Below are positions 34,916 to 43,917 of a stretch of DNA of 64,000 nucleotides, piece after piece. How positions within the stretch are numbered: position 1 is the stretch's first letter; the number at the start of each line of letters is the position of its first letter. This stretch comes from an uncultured virus (IMG/VR IMGVR_UViG_3300035181_002093) (lineage: Duplodnaviria; Heunggongvirae; Uroviricota; Caudoviricetes): positions 62,001-126,000 of the IMG/VR virus record IMGVR_UViG_3300035181_002093; one strand, given 5' to 3'. The position numbers and the translations under genes were made by a program. The notes beneath the pieces are model-generated. The model made no database searches, was not told where the DNA came from, and saw nothing but the letters and a program-made list of their open reading frames with translations.

Positions 34916-34921
34916 TATAAT
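34916..34921 (+). promoter_or_regulatory. Putative late promoter -10 (CGCCCTATAAT)
   Basis: 6 nt upstream of ATG 34928, consistent with a leaderless transcript. Confidence 0.6.
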
Positions 34922-34927
34922 TCAACC

Positions 34928-35107
34928 ATGTCGAACAACCACCTGAAGACCGCGCACGAGTACGGCATCCAGAAGGCTCTCGAAGCTGTCGGCTACAAGA
35001 GCGCGGAGGAAGTCCGTCGCGATGCCGAGGCGCTCGGCCTGATCGAGGCACCCAAGACGGCCGCCGCGAACCCGCTCGCAGACCTGTTCCGCGCGATCCA
35101 GAAGTAG
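34928..35107 (+). CDS. Small protein with shared motif (59 aa, not in ORF track)
   Basis: MSNNHLKTAHEYGIQKALEAVGYKSAEE...PKTAAANPL. Confidence 0.7.
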   Translation: MSNNHLKTAHEYGIQKALEAVGYKSAEEVRRDAEALGLIEAPKTAAANPLADLFRAIQK

Positions 35108-35116
35108 TTCCCCGCC

Positions 35117-35494
35117 ATGTCGCTGCTGCGCCAAAAGTCGGCTGAGGGCGGGCGCGCAGCGCTCGCGGCCTTCGGCTTGCCTGCGCCGCAGCAGCCAGGT
35201 CTCAAGTCTGTTGGGATCAAGACGCCACACGCGTCGGATCTTCCACACCTGCCACGGCCCGGATCGACCAACGCACCATCGGTTGGAGACTCGATGGGCG
35301 TTGACGCTGCGAAGATCGCGTTCAACGTCGGCATGGGTGCGTCGACATCGAGCGACGGTGCAGGTGCTCAGGCGGGTGAGCCGACGGACACCGGACGTCG
35401 TCAACGCAGCGTCATCGATCGCGCACTCCAGCGCAACGACGACGACTACGCAACCAGCAGCATGCCGTTGCCAGGAGACGTCGTTTCGCCATGA
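35117..35494 (+). CDS. Small protein with shared N-terminal motif
   Basis: KSAEGGRAALAAFGL; KIAFN. Confidence 0.7.
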   Translation: MSLLRQKSAEGGRAALAAFGLPAPQQPGLKSVGIKTPHASDLPHLPRPGSTNAPSVGDSMGVDAAKIAFNVGMGASTSSDGAGAQAGEPTDTGRRQRSVIDRALQRNDDDYATSSMPLPGDVVSP

Positions 35495-36354
35495 CCCTCG
35501 AGCTGGCATACGCGAACGGGCAACACGCGGCGCTCGAGCGCTACAAGCTGGGCTGGCCTGCGCCAACGAACCCGACCGTGGCAGGGAGCGCCGTGCTCCG
35601 TGCCAAGGACGGTCCGTCGTCGTTGTCACCGCAGGCGCAGCAAGCGATGGCACCTCCGGCGACACCTGCATCCGTCGCGCAGATCTTCAGCGCGCACGAG
35701 CAGGGCGAGACCCGTGGCGAACCTCGTCGCAAGCTCTCTGCGGACATCTGCACGTCGTGTCGCAAGGCCAAGCACTACGGCACGTGCAGCCAGCCCCGGC
35801 CGATTCCAATGAAGGCTGCGGACTTCAATCCGGGCATGCTCGGTGGTGACCCCAAGCAGGGCGACAATCCGTCGACCAGCCCTCACTACCACTCGGCGAC
35901 GAGCAGCATCAGCGCGCTTGGGCGCTCAAGCGACGGACGTCCTGCGGACGAGCAGGCAGGTTCGGGTTTCGCTGACCTGTTTCGACACCAAGGCATCCGC
36001 AACAGCGCGGATGAGCCGGGACGGATGACGGGCGGCCTGAACAAGGTCGCGATCGACGCAGACCGTGAACGTACTCGCCGTCACGCGATTCTGTACCGCA
36101 TGTACGGCGTCAAGCTCAGCGACTTCTTCACCAACATGCCAGGCGCGGCGACGCACTCGATGCACGAGCAGCGTGGCACGCCGATCAATCCCTACGAAGA
36201 ACGTCTGACCCGCAAGTCCCCGCCCGTCGGCTGGGGTGACGAAGGTGACCAGCGCATCAACCGCGCATTCGGTCAGATCGACAACGCGGCCGACACATCC
36301 AGCATCGGGGGCGGCGCCGGTTCACCTGATACCGGGCCGGCGGTCCTTGGCTGA
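35491..36354 (+). CDS. Modular protein with shared N-terminal motif and small CxxC..H..C knuckle
   Basis: AYANGQHAALERYKLG; CTSCRKAKHYGTC. Confidence 0.7.
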   Translation: MTLELAYANGQHAALERYKLGWPAPTNPTVAGSAVLRAKDGPSSLSPQAQQAMAPPATPASVAQIFSAHEQGETRGEPRRKLSADICTSCRKAKHYGTCSQPRPIPMKAADFNPGMLGGDPKQGDNPSTSPHYHSATSSISALGRSSDGRPADEQAGSGFADLFRHQGIRNSADEPGRMTGGLNKVAIDADRERTRRHAILYRMYGVKLSDFFTNMPGAATHSMHEQRGTPINPYEERLTRKSPPVGWGDEGDQRINRAFGQIDNAADTSSIGGGAGSPDTGPAVLG

Positions 36355-37189
36355 AGTTCGCATCACCCGCACCACGGCGTTGTTCCCAACGGCGGTGTTC
36401 GTTCAGTGGGATGTTGAATCGGACGAGAGCGGCGCGTTCTTCGTCGACATCGCACGTTCGGAAAGTCCCAGCGGCCCCTGGGAGTCCGTCGCAACGGGCT
36501 TGCGCGACGCGTACAACTTCATCGACGACAAGTTCAACCTCCCGCCTGCAGACCCGAAGAACGCAGGGCGCGAAGGCGTGAACCTGTTCTCGCTCGCGCG
36601 CGTCCTGTACTACCAGCTCACGGTCACGCCTCCGTCGGGATCCGCGAACATGTTCACGAGCGAGCCGACGCCAGTCGAGCCGGGTCTCGATCGGCGAACC
36701 CGGTTGTTCAAACGCAAGATCCTCCACGATCAAGCGGTGGGCTATCGCCGTCTCAACGGCATCCCACTCATCGTGCTCAAGCGGAAGCGTTGGGGCGACC
36801 GCTGTCCTCAGTGTTACGACCCGGTGACCAAAGAGTCTACGCTCGAGCATTGCCTCATCTGCTATGGCACGACGTTCGTGGGCGGGTACTGGGCCCCGAC
36901 ATTGATCCGCGGACGGCGCGAAGCTGCAACGGTCGCTACGAACATCACGTCGCATGGCGACAGTGACGTCAAGTTCAACGACTTTAATATCCTCGACTAC
37001 CCGCTCGTCGAATACAAAGACATCCTTGTCGACCTCGTGCGCAACGAACGCTACCAGGTTCAGCGTACACACCACACGGAACTCAAGAGTGTCACGGTTC
37101 ACCAGAAGGTGACGACGTCGCTACTGGGACACAACTCGGTCGAATACAAGCTACTCGTTGACCCAACAGCTGTTCCACCGCTGTACTAA
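36347..37189 (+). CDS. Putative neck/head-closure protein
   Basis: TTG start overlaps upstream stop; FN3-like N-terminus; RCPQC...CLICYGT..VGGY. Confidence 0.6.
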   Translation: MAEVRITRTTALFPTAVFVQWDVESDESGAFFVDIARSESPSGPWESVATGLRDAYNFIDDKFNLPPADPKNAGREGVNLFSLARVLYYQLTVTPPSGSANMFTSEPTPVEPGLDRRTRLFKRKILHDQAVGYRRLNGIPLIVLKRKRWGDRCPQCYDPVTKESTLEHCLICYGTTFVGGYWAPTLIRGRREAATVATNITSHGDSDVKFNDFNILDYPLVEYKDILVDLVRNERYQVQRTHHTELKSVTVHQKVTTSLLGHNSVEYKLLVDPTAVPPLY

Positions 37190-37192
37190 TTC

Positions 37193-37900
37193 ATGAGCGA
37201 CAACTACCCCAACTACGTACCGGACCCGAAGAATCAACCTTCGCCGGAAGAAACGCAGCAAGTCAGCATCCGTCCAGGGTCAAAGCTTGCGGTGTTGGGC
37301 GTGTTTGTTGAAATCATCCGGAAGCGGTTTGCACGCGAAGTCGTTGGGGACGAATTCCAGTGGCGGTGGGATCCGGACATCAAAGTCACGCGACTCGCCG
37401 TCGAAAGTGCGTTCAACGAAGACAAGACACACCGGAACTTTCGGCCTGCAGTCTATGTCGACTGTGATGACCAGACGATGGGGCGTGTCGTACTGGGTGA
37501 CCGTGTTGGCGTGAACCTCAAGACGGGCCTCGAAGGGTTCTGGAACCTTCAATCCGTGCCGATTCTGATCGAGTGCGTGACCGGAAAACGTGCCGAGAGC
37601 GCGGTGCTTGGCGACATTGTTGGGATCTTCCTGCAGGCATCGAGCGACCTCATCCAGGGGAAATTCGGGCTGCACGACATGACGCCAATCACGGTTGGAC
37701 GCACGCAACCCGCGCAGCGCGACAAAGATCAGTGGGTGACGTCCGTGACCTTCGTGGCGCAGTACCCACAACGCTGGACGAATGCGCCAACCGCGCCCCT
37801 GCTGCGAAGCGTAGAATTGGACGTCGTCCGTTCGGGTGCAGATTCTGCCACCGCGTATTTCGAAACCATCGCCCTCTCTGGGTCCGCTCCGTCCAAGTAG
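37193..37900 (+). CDS. Putative tail terminator/completion protein
   Basis: 235 aa, directly before the sheath gene. Confidence 0.5.
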   Translation: MSDNYPNYVPDPKNQPSPEETQQVSIRPGSKLAVLGVFVEIIRKRFAREVVGDEFQWRWDPDIKVTRLAVESAFNEDKTHRNFRPAVYVDCDDQTMGRVVLGDRVGVNLKTGLEGFWNLQSVPILIECVTGKRAESAVLGDIVGIFLQASSDLIQGKFGLHDMTPITVGRTQPAQRDKDQWVTSVTFVAQYPQRWTNAPTAPLLRSVELDVVRSGADSATAYFETIALSGSAPSK

Positions 37901-37932
37901 TCGCCAACATCGCGATCCGACCGTCAACACCC

Positions 37933-37938
37933 TATAAT
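37933..37938 (+). promoter_or_regulatory. Putative late promoter -10 (CCCTATAAT) before sheath
   Basis: Intergenic copy of the recurring motif. Confidence 0.6.
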
Positions 37939-37971
37939 TTCCGCAACCCTATGGACTCGGAGCACTGACCC

Positions 37972-40377
37972 ATGGCCATTCGACCAGTCGTACTCGTTTA
38001 CCAGGACCTGGCCACGCCGACGGTCACGCCGACGTCTCCAGACCTGAACTGCCTTGTCGTGGGGCCCGCGTTCCACATCCAGGACTACTTCAAGCCCGGC
38101 ACCACGGACTACGCCGACAAGACCGACATCCAGGTCACGCCGGCGTATGGCACGTTGGAAGCATCCCCTGACGGGACGCTGCCGACGGGCCCTGCCGTGA
38201 TCACGGTTGCCGAGCCGCCGAACAACGCTGTCGGGGCCATCCTGGATGGCTCGAGCGTCGCGATCTACTTCGACCAAGCGCGCGTCCGTATCGCGGGCAA
38301 GGGCGTCGACGCGGGTGGTGGCATCAAGGGCACGACCACGGTCCTGACGCCCAACCAGTTCGACACCGCCGAGACCCTCCCAGGGCCGACCACGTTCGCC
38401 ACGGCAGGGCCGGGCAAGGTGTTGCCGGGCGACCGTCTCGTCATCGTCGATGCGGGCACGGTCGTCATCGCGCGCACGGTGCTCTCGGTTGTCTCGGACA
38501 CCCAGCTGCTGCTCACAGCAGACGTCACCGGCGGAACGTTCGTGCCGGCAGCCAACCAGCACTGGTACATCGAGCGGCAGATCAACGACGTCCAGATCGC
38601 TTCGTCGTTCGTCTCGCACACCAACAACGCCGTGAAGATCGCCGGCAGCGTGACGCTGGCAGTGACCGGGCAGGGTAGCAAGCCCGTGTCGTACGCCGTC
38701 GTGTACGAGGCGTACCGCTCGCTTCGTCAAGACATCGTCGACCTCGACACCATCGAGTCCGAGGCCGACATCCTGTCGAAGATCGGCCGTCTCGACGTGC
38801 GCAACCCGCTCGCGGCAGGTGCGTTCGTCGCGCTCGAGAACACGACCTCGGTCGTTCAGTTCATCGGCGTGCTGTCCGACGACCTCGCGGGACACGTCAC
38901 CGTGCGAGACCACATCTCGGCACGCCCCGATGTCTACGCCATCATCCCGATGACGACCGACGTGTCGATCTTCGCGATGTGGAACTCGGACTGCGTCGGA
39001 CTCGCGCTGCCCGACAACGTTCACGGTCGTCCGCAGCGCTTCCGCGTCGTCATCGGCAACGGCACGCTGCCGGTGACCAAGACGATCGTGGGTGCGTCGG
39101 CCACGGGCGCACCACTGCAGCTCAGCGGAAGCGCGCCCAGTGCGATCACGAAGATCGTGCTGACGGGCGTGGCGACCCTGCTCACCACGGGCGGCGGCGT
39201 CATCCCGGGCGACATCCTCCGCGTGACAATCTCGTCTGTCCTCGGCGATGTCGCACTCGGCGACTATCCGATCGCGTCCGTCGAGAGCGCGACCACGATC
39301 GAGGTCGACGTCGCGACACCGTTCGCGGGCGCGGGCACGTGCAACATCACCTGCGCGATCGTCTATGCGGACGGGACCACGGTTCGCGTGCCTTCGGCCG
39401 CGCTCATTGGTGTCATCACGTCGGCCGGCGATGACCTGTTCCTGATCCTCAAGGACCCGAGCGGCACGTTCATCGCGAGCGGCGTCGCTGCGGGTGACCT
39501 CATCAAGATCCCGGTCGACCCGAACGCAGCGATCACCTCGGCCACCGTCTTCACGACGCTCGTCGTCAACAACGTCATCAGCGATCAACGTCTGCAGATC
39601 GTCAACAACGGGCAGGACAGCTCGACGGTCCAGAACGAGCTGCCACACGGCGTGAAGCGGATCGGCGGCGCCCTCGTCGGCCTGACAACGGTCAACTTCG
39701 AGATCGTTCGTACGCTCTCGAAGAGCCAGCAAGTCACCGAGCTGGTGGCGGTCGCGCAGTCATTCAACTCCAAGCGCACGGTCCTCGTGTGGCCGGACAA
39801 GTGCGACGTCGCAGGTGTCACGGGCGGCACCAAGCAGCCGGGCTACTACCTGGCATGCGCGGTCGGCGGCATGACCGCGGGTCTGCCGTCGCAGCAGGGG
39901 TTCACCAACCTCGGCATCGCGGGCGTGTCCCAGATCTACGACTCGAACACGTACTTCACGGACAGCCAGCTCACCGACATCTCGAACGGTGGGTGGTACG
40001 TGTTCGCGCAGCAGACGACCACGTCGCTGCCGTACACCATCCACCAGCTGACCACGGACCCGGCGACGCTCGAGTCGGGCGAGTTCTCCGTCGTCAAGAA
40101 CTTCGACTTCGTGTCGTTGTTCTTCGTCGACATCCTCGAGGACTTCCTCGGTCAGTACAACGTCACGCTCGACACGCTGACGCAGCTGCACGGTGCGCTG
40201 ATCACCGGCTCGCAGCTCCTGTTGCTGCGCACGGCAGCGAAGATCGGTGCGCCGCTGACCTCGTTCGCCATCACGGCGCTCGAGGTCTCGCCGACGTCGG
40301 CGGACCGCGTGCTGATGTACTGCGCGATCGGCTTGCCCAAGCCGCTCAACGTCATCGAACTCCACCTGGTGGCGTAA
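37972..40377 (+). CDS. Contractile tail sheath protein
   Basis: 801 aa; N-terminal RPVVLVYQ; C-terminal PGYYLACAVGG...GFTN...HQLTTD...EFSVVKNFDF...PKPLNVIELHL. Confidence 0.75.
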   Translation: MAIRPVVLVYQDLATPTVTPTSPDLNCLVVGPAFHIQDYFKPGTTDYADKTDIQVTPAYGTLEASPDGTLPTGPAVITVAEPPNNAVGAILDGSSVAIYFDQARVRIAGKGVDAGGGIKGTTTVLTPNQFDTAETLPGPTTFATAGPGKVLPGDRLVIVDAGTVVIARTVLSVVSDTQLLLTADVTGGTFVPAANQHWYIERQINDVQIASSFVSHTNNAVKIAGSVTLAVTGQGSKPVSYAVVYEAYRSLRQDIVDLDTIESEADILSKIGRLDVRNPLAAGAFVALENTTSVVQFIGVLSDDLAGHVTVRDHISARPDVYAIIPMTTDVSIFAMWNSDCVGLALPDNVHGRPQRFRVVIGNGTLPVTKTIVGASATGAPLQLSGSAPSAITKIVLTGVATLLTTGGGVIPGDILRVTISSVLGDVALGDYPIASVESATTIEVDVATPFAGAGTCNITCAIVYADGTTVRVPSAALIGVITSAGDDLFLILKDPSGTFIASGVAAGDLIKIPVDPNAAITSATVFTTLVVNNVISDQRLQIVNNGQDSSTVQNELPHGVKRIGGALVGLTTVNFEIVRTLSKSQQVTELVAVAQSFNSKRTVLVWPDKCDVAGVTGGTKQPGYYLACAVGGMTAGLPSQQGFTNLGIAGVSQIYDSNTYFTDSQLTDISNGGWYVFAQQTTTSLPYTIHQLTTDPATLESGEFSVVKNFDFVSLFFVDILEDFLGQYNVTLDTLTQLHGALITGSQLLLLRTAAKIGAPLTSFAITALEVSPTSADRVLMYCAIGLPKPLNVIELHLVA

Positions 40378-40386
40378 GGCGCCTTC

Positions 40387-41028
40387 ATGTCCGACAACTT
40401 CTTCGACAAGTTCATCGCGGACCTCGTCAAGGGCGCGGAAGCCTCGCAAGGCTTCATGCCCGGGTCGAAGGTCAACGTCGAGATCTCGCGCGAGCATCGT
40501 GGTCGCGAGGAGAAGCTCGCGTCATTCGGTGGCGCCCTCGGCGGCGGTCTTCTCGGTGGTGGTGCTGGTGCACTTGGTGGCGGCCTCGCCGGCGCTGGCA
40601 CGGGTGCACTGCTCGGCAAGCTGCTCCATCTCGACCCCGCGGTCGCCCAAGACATGGGTGCGCTGCTTGGCGTGGGAGGTGCTGCCGCAGGAGGTCTCGG
40701 CGGTGCGGCCGCAGGCACGGCGGCTGGCATGGAACCGCACCGTCCTTCGTTGATGGAGCGCATGAAGGGCGGGGCCCTCGAGTCCCGCTACACCGACGGC
40801 ATCAAGGCCGCCGCCGCAGCGTTCGGCATCAAGGAGGCCTTCCTCCCTGCGCTGCTTGGCGCGGCTGCCCCGATGCTCGGTCGCTCTCTGCTTGGCAAGG
40901 CTGCGCCTGCCATCGCGGGGCGTGTGGGCAGCGGGCTAGCAGGCGCTGCATTCGACACCGCAGCCCAAGCCGGTGGCCAGGCGATTGGCAACAAGCTGAT
41001 GCCGCCGAAGCCCCCGATGCCAAACTGA
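40387..41028 (+). CDS. Glycine-zipper protein with shared motif
   Basis: EKLA then long GGxxG zipper; RYTDGIKAAAAAFGIKEA. Confidence 0.7.
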   Translation: MSDNFFDKFIADLVKGAEASQGFMPGSKVNVEISREHRGREEKLASFGGALGGGLLGGGAGALGGGLAGAGTGALLGKLLHLDPAVAQDMGALLGVGGAAAGGLGGAAAGTAAGMEPHRPSLMERMKGGALESRYTDGIKAAAAAFGIKEAFLPALLGAAAPMLGRSLLGKAAPAIAGRVGSGLAGAAFDTAAQAGGQAIGNKLMPPKPPMPN

Positions 41029-41032
41029 CCAA

Positions 41033-41344
41033 ATGATCAAGCGCGCCTACCACAGCGGAGTCGAAGCGGCGTCGAAGCGATTCGGCGTTCGCGAGGGCTC
41101 GATCATGGGCATGATCCAGGACACGCTTCCGTTGCTTGCGATGGGCGCTGCCAAAAGCACCGCGAAGGCGCTTGTGCCGGGCGCCTTCGCACACATCGAT
41201 CGCTTGCAGGAAGCGCCCGGCAAGTTCCTGCGTCGCAACCTACTGCCCGCGCACATGCAAGTGTCACCTGCTGACGCGCTTGCACGACACCTCGAGACCG
41301 CGTCACTACCCCCAACAGGTCCTCACATGATGGGGATTCGATGA
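41033..41344 (+). CDS. Small protein with shared N-terminal motif
   Basis: AYHSGVEAASKRFGV. Confidence 0.7.
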   Translation: MIKRAYHSGVEAASKRFGVREGSIMGMIQDTLPLLAMGAAKSTAKALVPGAFAHIDRLQEAPGKFLRRNLLPAHMQVSPADALARHLETASLPPTGPHMMGIR

Positions 41345-42273
41345 GCGTCGAGCAGTTCAAGATCGCAGCCCTTCCGGTGGACGTCAGCAAGTTGCTGACG
41401 AATACACCTCTGGGCGGTGCGCTCGCCGGCGCCGGCATCGGTGGCCTCACGAGCTTGCTCAGCAGCGACGAGCACCCTCTGCGCGACATGGCGGTGGGTG
41501 CGGGTGCCGGCGGTCTTCATGGCCGCCTCGGGCAGCAGGCGAACGTTCTCGGGCAGCAGGCGGGACAGCTCGAGTCCCGCATGGGTGACGTCGAGCGCAC
41601 GCTGGCAGCACGCCGCGCAGTTCCCGCATCCTCCGCAACGCCTGCGGCAGGCGGCTTCATGCGCATGTTGGGCGACCTTCTGGGTGGTCGAAAGAACGCA
41701 AGTTTCGCGTCGATTTTCCCGGCGGTCGCAGCTCCTGCGCTGGGTAGCTTTGCGGGCCGTGCGATCGGCGCGAAGTTCAAGCAGCCGGACCTGGGCATGT
41801 TGCTCGGTGGCATCACCGGCGGCACCACCGGCCAGCTCCTCAAGGAGAAGGTCGAAGAGGCGGAAGACGCCACCGTGCCGCCCGGTGCACCGTACAACCT
41901 CGACGCGACGTCTCAGGATATCCCGTCGTGGGCGCTGCAGGGCGCACACCTCCTGCAGCCACGCATGAAGCAATCGGCACACGCGCATGGGCGTGAGCCC
42001 ATTGGGGACGTACTGAAGGGTGAGATCCCGGGCTACCCCGTTGCGGAAGCCTTGGTCAAACACGGCCCTGAAGCAGGGGCACGTACGTTCGGCGGCATGG
42101 CAGGCGGCGGCTTGGTGGGTGGCGGTCTCGGCGCGCTCGGAGCCTACGGCATCGAAAAGCTTCTCGGTCACCAGGTCAACGTGCCCGGCATCGGCATGTC
42201 ACTTCCTGATCTACTCGCATCCGTTGGTGGCACAATTGGAGCCACCAAGGGCCTGCGCTACATGAAAGCCTGA
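41341..42273 (+). CDS. Multi-module glycine-zipper protein
   Basis: Three zipper modules after FKIA, RKNA and MKQSA. Confidence 0.7.
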   Translation: MSVEQFKIAALPVDVSKLLTNTPLGGALAGAGIGGLTSLLSSDEHPLRDMAVGAGAGGLHGRLGQQANVLGQQAGQLESRMGDVERTLAARRAVPASSATPAAGGFMRMLGDLLGGRKNASFASIFPAVAAPALGSFAGRAIGAKFKQPDLGMLLGGITGGTTGQLLKEKVEEAEDATVPPGAPYNLDATSQDIPSWALQGAHLLQPRMKQSAHAHGREPIGDVLKGEIPGYPVAEALVKHGPEAGARTFGGMAGGGLVGGGLGALGAYGIEKLLGHQVNVPGIGMSLPDLLASVGGTIGATKGLRYMKA

Positions 42274-42284
42274 AGGAGAACGTT

Positions 42285-43040
42285 ATGGCACTCGGCGTAG
42301 TTCAAGGATTCGATACCTGGGCGTTCCAGCAGAGCTACGTCGAGCGTGTGATGGACAACGCTGCATACACCGCAGCGCATCCTGACGACACGCTCGTGCT
42401 GGCAGGCCCCGCCCGTCGGCAGAATGTGGGGTCACAAAACCTGCTCGCCATCGGCATGCTGCAAGCCGTCAACTTCACGCAGACCAAGCCGACGCAGCCG
42501 ATGATGGCGATCGGCTCGGGGCGTTCGTTCTACGTCAGCGGCAAGGCCCAGACCCAGTGGACGATGGGCCGTCTGTTCGTGAACGGGCGCAACCTGCTTC
42601 GCGTGCTGTCGCACAACGCGGTCGCCGGTGGCATCAATCCGTCGCTGTTCGATGACCAGGCATCCGACGCGGATCCGAACAGCAAGAAGTACTTCATCAA
42701 CCTCGACTCCGAGCTGTTCCTGATCCCGTTCGGCATGGGCGCGGTGTTCCGCGACAAGACGCACGGCTTCTGCGGCGGCTTCTACGCCGAGCTGTCGATG
42801 ATCACCAGCTACGCCATCGGCTGGAACGCCGGCCAGAACCTCGTGCTCGAGAACGTCTCGGGCATGTCGGATCGCCTTCTGCCATTCGGCAGCCTGACCA
42901 AGCCGGGCACGCGTCCGAACGCGGGCGGTGGCTCGGGCATCACGGCGACGTCGATCGATGCCGTGCTCGGGTTCATCGACAACACTACCACCGGCGAGAA
43001 CCAGACGAACGCGCCTGGCGATACGGTTCCGCTCGAGTGA
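42285..43040 (+). CDS. Putative tail tube protein
   Basis: 251 aa; AIGMLQAVNFTQ...MAIGSGR tube-like pattern; AAGGAG RBS. Confidence 0.65.
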   Translation: MALGVVQGFDTWAFQQSYVERVMDNAAYTAAHPDDTLVLAGPARRQNVGSQNLLAIGMLQAVNFTQTKPTQPMMAIGSGRSFYVSGKAQTQWTMGRLFVNGRNLLRVLSHNAVAGGINPSLFDDQASDADPNSKKYFINLDSELFLIPFGMGAVFRDKTHGFCGGFYAELSMITSYAIGWNAGQNLVLENVSGMSDRLLPFGSLTKPGTRPNAGGGSGITATSIDAVLGFIDNTTTGENQTNAPGDTVPLE

Positions 43041-43318
43041 CCATGCGCACGGTACGTGAATGGTCGGTGCTGGTTGTCATCGTCGCCCTGTGCATGGGTG
43101 CTGATGGTGGCGGCAATGGCACTGCGGATGCAGCCGCGTTGCTGCGTGAGTTCGGGTTCCCCATCTTCGTCAGCCTCTGGTTCATGTGGCGCGTCGAAAA
43201 GCGCATGGACCGCTTCACGGACAGCATCCAGAACCTCCTCACTGCCGTCACGGTCATGGCGAAGACCGTCGACGGACTGCCGGCCGCGCGCCCGCCGACA
43301 CACCCACCTCACGCCTGA
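43037..43318 (+). CDS. YvrJ-like/holin-like small membrane protein
   Basis: FGFPIFVSLWFMWRVEKRMDRFTDSI..L. Confidence 0.6.
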   Translation: MTMRTVREWSVLVVIVALCMGADGGGNGTADAAALLREFGFPIFVSLWFMWRVEKRMDRFTDSIQNLLTAVTVMAKTVDGLPAARPPTHPPHA

Positions 43319-43327
43319 AGGAGCCCC

Positions 43328-43561
43328 GTGTCCTGGATCGTAACGGGTGTTTTGGCGATGATTGTCGGGTTGATCGTGTGGACCGAAGTCCGTTGCGGAC
43401 GTCGCAACAAGGTCTTCCACGCGCAGCTCGACCCTGAGGTCAACGCCCTCAAGAACAGCGTCATGACGAAGTACCGTGAACGCTTCGGCAAGGACCCCAC
43501 CGAGCAATTCACGACGGTCAGCGAGCCCAAGACGCACGGCCGGTTCGCGAAGAAGGCATGA
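43328..43561 (+). CDS. Small single-TM protein
   Basis: N-terminal hydrophobic helix; AGGAG upstream. Confidence 0.6.
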   Translation: MSWIVTGVLAMIVGLIVWTEVRCGRRNKVFHAQLDPEVNALKNSVMTKYRERFGKDPTEQFTTVSEPKTHGRFAKKA

Positions 43562-43905
43562 AGCTCGCGCTCGCAGGTTTGTCGGTGGCCCTCGCGGTCG
43601 CATGGCTTCCGCTTGCCTGGCGCTTCTTGCGCGGGTGGCGCAATCGGAAGAACCCGGTGAGCCTCGCGATCTGCGCGGCCTTGTGCTTGTTCGCGTACAC
43701 GAACATCATGTTGGCGCTGGAGCTGGTGGATGGTGAGTCGTGGGAATTCTTCACCATCGCAACACGCATCTTTGATCTCGTTGTGATCGTGAACTTCTAC
43801 GTCGCGTTCCGATGGTCGGCGAAACGGTTTCCAGATGCACGCAGCCACCCGGTCGAGTACACCGTGCCGCCCATGAACTCGTCGAACACGCCGCGCGGGT
43901 CGTGA
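43558..43905 (+). CDS. Three-TM membrane protein
   Basis: Three hydrophobic segments. Confidence 0.65.
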   Translation: MKLALAGLSVALAVAWLPLAWRFLRGWRNRKNPVSLAICAALCLFAYTNIMLALELVDGESWEFFTIATRIFDLVVIVNFYVAFRWSAKRFPDARSHPVEYTVPPMNSSNTPRGS

Positions 43906-43917
43906 TACGGTCGGGAC

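Noticed and set aside
10078..39732. Long antisense ORFs (e.g. 10078-12120, 16105-17766, 21697-23289, 31369-32805, 37924-39732)
   Set aside because: These are shadow frames of high-GC coding genes, with no recognisable motifs.
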